Positions 25,001-35,727 of a stretch of 64,000 bases of DNA are shown piece after piece. The stretch comes from Ramazzottius varieornatus (taxonomy: Eukaryota > Animalia > Tardigrada). The notes under the pieces were generated by a model. The model worked only from the letters and a program-made list of their open reading frames with translations. It searched no databases and had not been told where the DNA came from. The stretch is taken from assembly GCA_001949185.1 (NCBI GenBank), contig BDGG01000009.1, positions 795,624 to 859,623 on the forward strand, given 5' to 3'. A program made the position numbers and the translations under genes. Position 1 is the first letter of the stretch. Every line of letters begins with the position of its first letter.

Positions 25001-25759
25001 CGACAAATTAGAGCCTCTTGACTTCCGAGCCCTTCGTTCTGCTAGTTCTGTGGATATCATTTTCTATTTTGCTCCCGACGAAGTTGCTGATTACGCACCG
25101 AAGGTCAGCTGTAGCCGACAGCTCCAGGAGTTTTCCGGGTGCGACGAACGCACCTACCATCAGATCTGATGCTAGAAATATAAGACAGGGAATATGAGAG
25201 ACCGGCAAATGGAATCGACAAGTTTTTTCCCAAAGTGGCACACGCTAACAGTGTTATTCGCTGAAAGCGTGCGCCACTTGGTAAAACGATCTGGTCGACT
25301 TTGCTTCCCCAAGTGGCGTGCATTATCAGTGATATCGGCTGAAAACTGCGCCGCTTGCAAAAAATAATCTTGTCAAGCTTGTTTTCCAACTTTCTAAATT
25401 TATGACGTATAAAATGAAAATGTAAAACAGCTATTCAGGTGTAACTGAAGTGCGTGATTGTCTTTCACACGCTATGCCACACCCAGCCGGAGATGCAGGA
25501 TGTCCAAAATACCCGTACCTGCCATACTGTAAAGTAAGAGGTCAAATGAACTTTCGATTTTTTGCTGGCGCGACAACGTCAGTAACACAAAGCCGTTGCC
25601 AATAATGGCCATAATAATGATAAAAATATAAATTATGACGAAACCCATCCGAACAAGTCCATCCTGTGTATAATCGACGTACTCAATATACAGCTCGGCC
25701 TCCGTCTGGTTCGGTTGCAAGGGTATTCCGGTAATGTTTGCCGTCGATTGGAAATCCAT
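22003..25759 (-). CDS. Class A (rhodopsin-like) neuropeptide GPCR (multi-exon)
   Basis: N-glycosylated N-terminus, TM1 GNGFV, TM2 DLMVG, ERYLVIVHPLRS, TM5 YVLPG, TM6 CWSPY, TM7 NSAVNPIIY, long Ser-rich tail; ligand family not assignable. Confidence 0.9.
24192..24470. repeat. Fold-back element, 3 units, GPCR intron
   Basis: Cores approx 24233, 24302 and 24385. Confidence 0.85.
25193..25390. repeat. Fold-back element, 2 units, GPCR intron
   Basis: AAGTGGCACAC..GTGCGCCACTTGG; CAAGTGGCGTG..TGCGCCGCTTG. Confidence 0.85.
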
Positions 25760-26510
25760 CAAGTCGCAAATTGCCTCTTTTGACACTTGTGCGTAACTCT
25801 CCAAGATGATTCAAACGCACCAAAATAAGTGACAGGAAGATAAACGCATCTTCGTCTGGCAAGTAATCTGGTTAGATGGATATGACGGAACAACTTTTGC
25901 TGTTACAAATAACAATCATGACAGTGGCTGCCATGAGTGGCAAAGTACTCGCGGGAAGTCCTTCGGTCTCTCGGCACGACTGCGGCTTCCGCTTTGATCA
26001 ATCAACCGGATATACAATCCCGTTTTACCGCCAGATGGGTACTACGTAATCTGCTCTCTCCCATACAACACAAGGGATCGCGAGTTAAGTTGTACTCGAA
26101 GAACCATCACATCATCAATATTCCCTGACATGGAAATATGGGCATATTCTATGGTTGGACAGCCTTCCAAAAACTCCGTCTTATTCTTCTTCACAGACAG
26201 ACGAGTACCGGTAGCGCGAGTGCCGGTCGAGGTCTCAAATCTGACGGACCTTAGCTACATGACTGAGGAAACTTGTCCATCAACCGGGAGGAAGGCAGAC
26301 CAAACGTACAGGATCTTCTATCAGTGGCGCGCGCTTTAAGCCAATAGCAGTGTAAACGTACACCACTTGTGAAAGTCGTGTTTCTAGGTAGCGCATGTTG
26401 CTTGTCACTAACAATGATGACAGGCGCCACTTGAAGTGAGGGTGTTCCGTTTGTCAACCTCCTACGTCTTGTATCAAGAATCGACTTGCGTACTTCCGGT
26501 CCAGGCTTTA

Positions 26511-26961
26511 GTGTACACGCGCCTGGCCTAAGTCTTGGCATGGACAAAAGTCTTGGCATGGACAAAAGTCTTGGCAGCACGGCCCGGCGGCATTTTAACA
26601 CAAAGAATGTTGTATCGGAACAGAAACTGGTCGTGTGACGTCATGAAGTCAGAATTTCGCAATGCACTTTTTATTGTTCAGTCACTCCAGTATCATTTGA
26701 AATTCTGTCGTATTCTTTCTTGAGTTTTTCTTCCAGTCTTGAGTAACTTGAGCTTAGCAAATGTCAGAAGGTTTTAAGAGCAAGAAACGCCGGAAGTATA
26801 CCGAGGAAAGTCTGAAGGATGCAGTTCGCGCAGTGGCAAACACAGCTAGCGAACTGGTTCTGTTTCAACCGTAAGCGAACACAGCTGGCGGAGCCGCTGT
26901 TTCGGAAACCACTTGCCAAGAGTTTTCTCCATGCCAAGACTTAGGCCAGGCGCGTGTACTG
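26511..26961 (+). mobile_element. Internally deleted pogo/Fot1-type DNA transposon with ~45-bp TIRs and an HTH-psq remnant
   Basis: GTACACGCGCCTGGCCTAAGTCTTGGCATGGA at 26513 inverted at approx 26928-26959; TA precedes the left end; ATG 26761 reads MSEGFKSKKRRKYTEESLKDAVRAVAN. Confidence 0.8.
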
Positions 26962-28382
26962 TGAAAGAGTACCGGCGGATATGCCAAGGTTGGGATAATC
27001 CACGCGGCGTCAGAGTGGTTCTTCCTCGTGACATAAGCTCCCGTTCTGATACTATCATGCAATCACTCTAAGCCTGACATCTTCAATCCCAGGTGACCCT
27101 CCCACTCGGCTGTAGATAAATAGGTACTACAGAAGCCTTTTCCGAATCGATAAGCGTGACGCCCAATCATTGTGCTACACTTCAGGAGTTGAGGCAAGTA
27201 AAGCACCTTTTGTAACGAGCTTTCCTCAGTCCTAATGGCCATCCTCGGGACCTGCTTCACCTTATCCCGAGCTTCCCGGAGCGTTCATGTTAAACACGAC
27301 ATCCAGCTGTGTTATTAGGTGTCCTGATAATGAGCGTGGGTCAAATGTCTGAAGTTACCGCGAGGACTTCTCCACAACTGATTCGGCGTTGCGGAAGTCT
27401 CTCATGGAGAAAACAATAGAAGCACCGGCACCTATCCGTAAGTCCGTGATATTTCTTTTAGGGTTTTGAATACTGTATACAAAATCTGCTTTATTGTTAT
27501 AATCCGTCACACAGAGCCATAGCATATCGAGTAGTCTTAAGCAGGGTTGGAAAACCTTAAATAGAGACATCGACCGCCAAAAACTCCACAAAGTCACTCT
27601 TTCAAGTGGCGCATACTTACAGCTATCAACACCTGAAACCTGCACCACTTGAAAAAGCAGTCAAACCCTACCACATGTGGCGCATACTTCCAGCCACTGA
27701 GACCGAAGTGGTGCGTCACTTGGAGAAACAATTTTATCGACGTTTTTCGCTGAGTTGCCAACGGACTTTCCTAGGCATCTCTTATGATTCCTGCGTTCAT
27801 CGCATGACACAGATTGTTTGTATCGCAACGTACTGAGTATTCATGTAAATCCGTCACGTTTTGGCGATTTGATTACCATTAATCTCCAAAATTTCTAGGA
27901 CGGTTTCTAGGGTACGAGTACTCGACCGGGTCGTTTGCATGGAAATGTAGCGGATCCTATCGGAAAGAGGTAGCATTCTACGGCGTAGCTTCATCCGAGT
28001 CCGCCACATCGTATACTTTAAGAACGATTAGAACGGAAAAAACAGGACGCAAATTATTAGTAGAAAAGCGCCATTCCGCCCACGAAATAAGTCACATAAA
28101 GCTCCCGGAAAGCCGACATCAATGGCGACGAATTTAGTCAGCAGACGTCACACGCGTATTAGAGACGTTCTTACATAAGCAGGTTGTTCAAACAAAAGAT
28201 GCCAACTGAAAAGCCGCCCCCCCCCTGATTAATCGAATAAAATGAGGGCTGGAAACAGACATGCTAGTCATATGAACACATAGCCAAGAAAACCCCGAAG
28301 AAAAATTAAAAATAGAAAAAAGTAATAAATAAGATGAAAATACAACCGGATATCTTCTCAACTTCTAAAATAGTTTCTGCTC

Positions 28383-31300
28383 TTATACACAGGATTCTTG
28401 AACGGAACGCTGTCGATATCCGACCAGCTGAGGTTGGGATGCTAGGGCTTTGTTATAGGCTATATCATCGGGATGTTTAGCTGTGCCATTTGGCACCATA
28501 TCACCTGAGGAGGAAACTAACGGGGAAGAAGATGAAGCGGTATCAATGGAAGCGACTGTAGCTGCTCGTTCATAGACATACTCTTTCTGTTTCTCTTGGC
28601 CACCGTTCGTCGCTATCGTCAAGGCGCTCGACGTGGCAGCGAGCCTTTCCGGCCGGTGGACGTTAACCGACGAAGCTTTGGGTAGGCGAGGTAACGACGC
28701 GTAGGCGGGAGCTTTGCGTGCGAAGCTGGATTCAGACTGGTAATCGTCTAAAGTAAGGAGACCACAACATAATGTAATCCGATTTCTAATCACGGGCTTA
28801 ATCGAGCTCGTTAAACAAGCGATCGGATGGGTTTCTCGAGTGGCGCACCTCTTCAGTTATATTGGCTGGAAGTGCGCGCCACGTGAAAACTATACAGAAT
28901 CGTTTTGCAAGTGGCACGCGTATTTTAATGGTATCAGATAAGAGTGTGCGCCACTTTGGAAAACAATCTGGTCGAACTGCCGAGCTCTTGTCAGTTGAAT
29001 TTGCACTTACTGTTGCTGCTTAAGTCCTCGGTGGAGCGAAAGGGACGTGGTGTTGGTGTACGCAGCTCGAACATACTGTGGGAAGACGTACCAAAGTCGT
29101 TGTAGTAGAGACTGGGGTAGACGTTGAGGGGTTCGCGCTGGTAAAAGAGGATGTAGGCGTCTTTGGTGACAATTTCGGCGCGGTTGTCGACAGTTTTCAC
29201 TCGCGTGTCGTCGTACAAGTACCACGCACCATCTGCTGGATGTCGACAGTAAGCTGAAAGAACAGAAAATATCTCTACCAGTTTGCACTATACAGTATTG
29301 ATCATGACGTTGAATTCCACCGATTGTGCTGCTTTACAGCAGAAGCTTTGTTCTATGCGGAGGCTTACAAGTGTAATGTCCGGAGTTGAGGCGTCCGTGA
29401 TGGTTGACCACTCCAAACAGACTGTACGAAGTGGTCTGGTTCATCTGGAAGTCCGGAGCTTTACGGGGTTTGCTGGGCCACGGGAACCAGGAAGACTTGT
29501 AGGAGTAACCATTCTTGCCGCGGCTCTTCCAGTCCAGGTCCTTGTCCTGCGTCATGTAACGCGCCATGTTGAGGTGTTCCAGAGGGAAGTCCACCATAGT
29601 GGTTAACTTGAAGCGTGAAGTGGCACTCTGTAAAGGTATCACTTCAACGTTAGCATTCCCCACACTCCAGATTTCAACTGGGGCGTCTCCAAATGATTTC
29701 ACCCATCGTTATTTCAAGTGGCGCACTCTCCTATTGCCATTGGCTACGAACGTGCGCCACTAGGGAAAGTGACCAGTTTGGTTGTTTTCTCAAGTGGCGC
29801 ATGCTTCCGGTTTTATCAACTCTGACCATGCGCAACTTGGGAAAACAATTTAACTGTTCCCCCAAGTGGCGCGCCTGTTTAGTCCAATTATCCGTGAGCA
29901 TGCGCCCCTTGGGAGAACGATCTGGGTGTATTTATTTGCCAACCTCCCAACTTCGGTATAATCAGCTTTAAACTTTACCTGACGGAAACGCTTCAGATGG
30001 ATAACAAGGATTTCAGGAAGCGTCCATAACGTTCCCCTCTTGGTAATGCCCACCTGAAGTGCCCCACAGTTTGGACATTCCCACTGTTCATCCAGACCCA
30101 CTTTCTCTTCTTGCATGAACAAGTCCATGCATTCCGTCAGCGTCGTCTTCTTAGACACTTCAGGTATGTTCAGGGTCTCTTGGACACTTCCGTCATCGAA
30201 GAACTTCTCGGCGATGAGACTCTTTTGGACATATTCAGCGTCTTCAGGCTTCCATTCGACATACAGCTTCAGGTGCTTTGGACCAGAAGCCGTACAGAAA
30301 GAAAGACATTCCTCGATCGCATCTGTGTACAATGGGTGCTCTAGTGTCACATCCAAGTACGCGTTACGCTCGACAAGGTGAATTTTGAAAGAGGGTACTC
30401 TCGTCCCAGGAGCGGTGTCCAGGTTGGCTATGATCTTGTCCTCCAACTCTGTGAATATTAAAGCATTTTTATAACGAAAAAAGAGCTCATGTCTGCCTTT
30501 TCGACAAGACCTTTTCCAAGTGGCGCACATTCCAGCCAAGAATAATGAAACTGTGCGCCACTCATGAAAGCAATCAAACTCGCCAAGATTGTTCTTCCAA
30601 ATGCCGCACACTGTCAGCCATTAAAGCTGAAAATGTGCGCCACTAAGAAACACAATCTGGACGAGTTTGCTTACCGAGCATTCGATTTGTATGCGAAAAA
30701 TCTCACGTATTTTTGGGAATGTGGATATTCGACGTACCGATATACCCGATTTCCCGGGTGACTTGAAGAATTTTTGGTCCGCTAATTCGCGTAATCTTCT
30801 TGTCGTCGTTAATGACATGCAGTAACACCACATGCAGTTCTGTTTCGTTATTGCTCAAGGCATCTTTGGGTAGTTCCACGGCGAACAGGTACCCTAGTTC
30901 TTGCAGGACGTCCGTGTCGCTTTCATCCGATAGAGTCTTCTGGAATCCTTCTTCGTTCAGTTCAAGCAGCAGCAAGTCTTCCAGTCGAATGTGAACCTTC
31001 TTTGACACCAGCTCCTTCACGTCCTTCACGCTGGAATCCAGACTGGTAGAGAAGCCATACCGGACAATGCTTCTTGGTGGCGAGTCAGCAAAGACCACGC
31101 TAACGAACAGCGCGCGAATGTCGATTTGAGGTAGCGGGACTGAAAGGCACGTGAACGGATCAAAGGTGTTGCTCTGCTGTCCGCATTCTCTGCAAGTCAG
31201 GGAAGAACGAAAGAGCGCATGATACAAACGTGAGATGTAACTGCTACCACCAGCTCCTTCGATCGTAGCGGCCAGGAAGTCGTCTGGCTTGTGCGACTGC

Positions 31301-32843
31301 AAGAAAACACGGATCAGACCAACTGGCGCGTCGACCATCACCTGCATACAGCATACCGTTGTACGGTACCGCACTCTAGTACGTACGTTGGTGACACAAG
31401 ATTCGTCCACCCACCCACATACTTGACCATGTATGCAGGTGGGCGAAAGCAGCATATCTCGGTCGTTTTACTCACCTTCCGGACTTTTAGTTTCTTCCGT
31501 CGCTTCTTGTTCAAGTCTTCATGAATCTTGTCTAGCAGCCAGATCAAGAACTCTTGTGCGTCTTGTTCTCCTCCGTCGTTGAACTGGGACCAGTATTTGG
31601 AGACTGTGGTGATCAGAGCGTTGCTCACTTCCGGTCCATACGTCGAACCACCCAGGCTCTGAATCAATGTGCCACAGGCCTTCGTCAGCTCGCCGTTGGT
31701 ACCGAACTTTTTGGAGTTATCACGGTTTCTTTTCTGCAGCTCTCGGCGGTATTTCCCAGAAATGAAAAACTCGTACAACTGGGCCGTGTTATTCAAACAC
31801 TGCAGGACCGCGTTGATGTAACAGGAATTTCCGTGGTTCTGCAAGCCCTAAAAACCGAAACAAGAAGATGCTGTACGAGTCCTCATACATGACTTTGGTT
31901 ATATGCAGAAGAACCAGATATTTTACCATGACGGGTACGACGATTCTTCCCGGAGCTTCTTCTGGATAGTTCGGCGTAATTGGTACTGGTGTGCGATTCT
32001 GGCTCCTGTTTACGCCCAGGCTTTCTGTCGACTTGTAGCGACGGAAGCGGTCGATCATGTTCTTGAACGACGACTTTCTCCGTAGTTTGACGGAGTTCTT
32101 GGAATCGTTGTCCATCCTGGAAACGGAGGACTCTCGAGACTCCTGCAAATATATTCAGAACCAAGATTTACGAAAACCATAAGAAGCGGTATTTTCGTTT
32201 TACCTTAGCGTATATTCACACTAAAATATTCCTTTACTGCAGGCTACAGCACACATTACGAAACAAGACTCGTTAAACTTTGATATGCTGTGTAAATAAA
32301 GCTAACAAGCAGCCCAACTCTCTGAACATATTTAACCAGCTTGGTTGATAGAGTCAGTTTCTGTACAGCGCTGGAAAACCAGAGGAACCTGACTTCTGAA
32401 ACAATGCAAAATTGTCAAGGATTCCTCTAGGAGTAACAAGCCATATGCATAATCACAGAGCCAGACCACAATTATACGTATGGAATGGAAACACGGCAAA
32501 TAAACTCAACCAGATCGTTTCCCAAGTGGCGCATTTTGTCAGCGATATCGGCTAAGGTGTGCGCCACTTTAGAACACCTTCTGATCGGGTTCGTTTGTCG
32601 AGCTCCCATATATCAGTGTAAGCGTTCTTCATGGAGTATGCTCAACACGGCACGTACCTTTGGGAAGTTCTGAATGTCCTCCTGAAGTGCCGGGTTACTA
32701 TTTTCGGGTTTCAACCGTAGGGCGCTGAAAGAGCGAGGTAAGGTGAAGCTCGGACGTCGTTTGTCTTTCCGTCCATCTCGATCACCGAACTGGTCGTACA
32801 AGGCTTCTGAAACGCGGTGGACTGGCGGGCGGGCGTCAGTCAT
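28383..32843 (-). CDS. Ubiquitin-specific protease, USP31/USP43-like (multi-exon; 5' end uncertain)
   Basis: Cys box GLQNHGNSCYINAVLQCL, QDAQEFLIWLLDKIHEDLN, SNTFDPFTCLSVP, LWTLPEILVIHLKRF, His box VNHHGRLNSGHYT, WYLYDD, AYILFYQR. Confidence 0.92.
28803..28990. repeat. Fold-back element, 2 units, USP intron
   Basis: GAGCTCG..two cores..TGCCGAGCTC. Confidence 0.87.
29678..29950. repeat. Fold-back element, 3 units, USP intron
   Basis: CAAGTGGCGC at approx 29715, 29791 and 29863; ends TTTGCCAACCTCCCA. Confidence 0.9.
30497..30682. repeat. Fold-back element, 2 units, USP intron
   Basis: CAAGTGGCGCAC-N24-GTGCGCCACTC plus a second unit. Confidence 0.87.
32484..32611. repeat. Fold-back element, 1 unit, USP intron
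   Basis: CGGCAAATAAACTCAACCAGATCG..core..TTTGTCGAGCTCCCATA. Confidence 0.88.
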
Positions 32844-33229
32844 GCTTTCAGGATACCTGCCCTTTCAGCGGGGAGCTTTTTCAGCTTCGGCACACAGGTT
32901 TCCACGTCTTCATGTATGGGAAGGCTTGAGCATGGCAGAATCAGCTGGAAGAGAGGTAACTGAACAACTCCCCGTCCCCAAGCCTGCTGTCGGATTATCA
33001 GGAACTGTGGATTCGTCGCAGCCGCTTGTAATATACAACACAACCGAGAAGTTCCTCGACGGTGAGCAGAAGATGTATATGCTCTCTGACCAAATTGTTG
33101 TTGTTCAGAACTTTGAAAGTTTGAATGGTCCTCACCTTGACGCCTGAAGGCTGAAGCGCAATCTTCAACTTCTTGAACGGATGACGTAAGCGAAGAGCGG
33201 TGTTCCACTCGATTGATTGATCGAGCGTC

Positions 33230-33790
33230 AAGTGTCATCATATGACAAAAATCATGTCACAGGAAACGTTATCCAATGTGCATTCTTACACCTACGTGAG
33301 GTCATACCACATAAAGTGTCATCCCACATCGACCGGAAGTAGAGATGGTTTATTATTATCCCTTTCTCGGCGGACTAAGCAGAATTAGCCAGCGCGGCTG
33401 AGTGCGACACTCGGTGCACGACACGCACATACGTACAGAGCTTTTACCAATGGTTGAACTGACTGAGACAGGTGCAAAACTCGAACGCCACAAGACTGGT
33501 ACAGTGAAAGCGGCCTGCGCAGTGCGCATATCATGCGACAAGTGGGTCGGGCGTGCTGCCCAATCAGCCTGAAGCCAGCCAAGTCAGCCGAGAAAAATGG
33601 ATATTATTCCAACCATCGCTAACCGGAAGTGAATCACAAGTCAGAATTCAGAAAGCTTCTCCTGCTTGTCAAGGCACTTTTTCAGAATCGTTCTTGAATT
33701 TTGTGGACTTTGCTCTTCATCTTTCTTCGTATTGGGTTGATAGTTATCTCCTGTCGCAATGCCTGTGTCCACTACGGCCAAGTACTCGGC
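33230..33790. promoter_or_regulatory. Putative bidirectional promoter USP/EMC4
   Basis: Head-to-head genes; TGTCA/TGACA cluster at approx 33233-33260; ACCGGAAGT at approx 33332 and 33622. Confidence 0.55.
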
Positions 33791-33794
33791 GTCG

Positions 33795-34807
33795 ATGGGC
33801 AAACCGTCCACGAAGAAGACAGCAGGAGCATCTGAAAAGATCATCAACTCCAGCGTGTAAGTAACAATCTGCTCCGCTTCCCGACCGTACAACCGATCTG
33901 TAGATAATGTGCGACCATCGCTTATCCTGCTTCGAAATGTCTTCTATAGGGTTGTTCGGCCGGAAAAGCTCTTTCAAGTCAGTTACCGTCCTGGTGTCAA
34001 CCGCAGCGATCTCCCGCCGCCCATTGGCTACAATCCCAACGTGGTCTATTCCTCGGAATCTGTGACGCGAAGCCAGGATACGACAGGTCTCATAGAAAAG
34101 GTGGGCGATATGATACTGAATACATACTTGTCACAATAGGCTGTAAATGTGAGCACGGCGGACAAATTCGACCAGATTATTTTTACAAGTGGCGCACTTT
34201 GTGAGTGTTATTGGCTGTGAGCGTGCGCCGCTTGGAAAAGCGATCTCATGGAGCTTGGTCGCCTGTCTCCCAAAGGTGCGGTATGCATGAGCTTACATTT
34301 GAGTTCTGTAGAGATCATGGGACATCGCGATGGCTCCCTTGAAGCAAGTCCCTATGAACTTCTTCGTCATGTGGATGTCGGGGAACGCTATTTCTCTGTT
34401 TCCCATCATGATGCTGGTCATGATGTTCTGGAAACCCGTGCAAGCCATCATCGGCGCGCAAAGCAGTACGCTCAGTCTTCTGTTCCTTGCTTGTTGTTTG
34501 GGTGAGTGTGAGAATTCGACGCCTGAGTTTTGATGTCGATTGTGTTTGCAGCATTCAAACAGATCTCCGGAAAATGGGCACCTATCCAGAAGCTGGTGTA
34601 CCTCTTTGGGAACGTTGTAGCGCTTAGTGTGGCGTTGTATAAGTGCCATTCGATGGGACTGCTGCCTACGGAGCCGTCGGACTGGCTTTCGTTTGAGAAG
34701 CCTTTGGAGGTTCGTCGTGCTGCTGTTTAATGATCCTTTCGGGTCCTACCAAGTCTGTTGTACTGTATTTGCAGCGGACGGAATTTCTGGCTGGCGGAAG
34801 GATATGA
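33795..34807 (+). CDS. EMC4: ER membrane protein complex subunit 4 (TMEM85), 5 exons
   Basis: [60 protein letters not shown]. Confidence 0.95.
34146..34272. repeat. Fold-back element, 1 unit, EMC4 intron
   Basis: CAAGTGGCGCAC..GTGCGCCGCTTGG. Confidence 0.85.
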
Positions 34808-35727
34808 TGCAGCCGTACGGATGATGCGACAAGTTCCTTTCCGATATTCCGTACAGCAAGCTCAGTTGGACGTCAGCATGCCAAGCGAAATCGCCATATT
34901 ATGGGCTAAAATAAAGGGACTAGTTCTTGTAAAAGTAGATGTGTGGTAGAGTTTGACGGCAACTTATGTATTTGTACTCTGTATATGGGCGACGGGTTCC
35001 CCAAAGATTCGGCTGCGTGCTCTGCCTACTTTTTGGAGCTGCCAATTCAATACTGTGTGTTCCCTAGGAAGTCTTTTCGTGTGATCGTGGAGGCTCCGTT
35101 TAGAGCAACTTTGTATTTAGCGCATTCAAGACGACAAATTAATATCGAGCTCTGGACTTCCGGCCGTTGTTGCAGAGGGTTCTTGGTCAGCTTTTGCACA
35201 GGTTGGGTGCATTTTCCCACCAGGATAACTTTCCAAACTGTATAGGTGGTCAGTTCACGTCGTCTTCACGTTGTGCGAACATGCTGGAACGTGTCGATCG
35301 GTTGTTCAACTTTGCGAATTTCGAGCGGAAGGCACCCATGAGACAGGAACCTACAACGTGATCGACATCTCAAAGTCTAGACTTGTGACGTTAAACTTTC
35401 GCTTGAACAATGGCATCCATCCATTGATTCATTGGACAGATAGCCTCTGTTACGTCATGACTCATGAAAACCGGTTCAACGTTGAGCCGTTTTTTGGTTC
35501 TAATCGAAGGTTTCTCAGTCCGCAATTCGCATCCCTGTACCAGCCTAGCTCACTAACTTTGGTTCCTTCCAGTTAGCGCGTCGTGAATGCAGATCGGTGC
35601 ATTGCTGGACTAGATGGACTTGCAAATAATTCTGCCGCATATGTCTTGAGGTGACACATCTCAATATCTCACATATACTATTACACATGTCGTTCGATCT
35701 GGCTTTACAGCTCTCTTCGTAGAAAGA

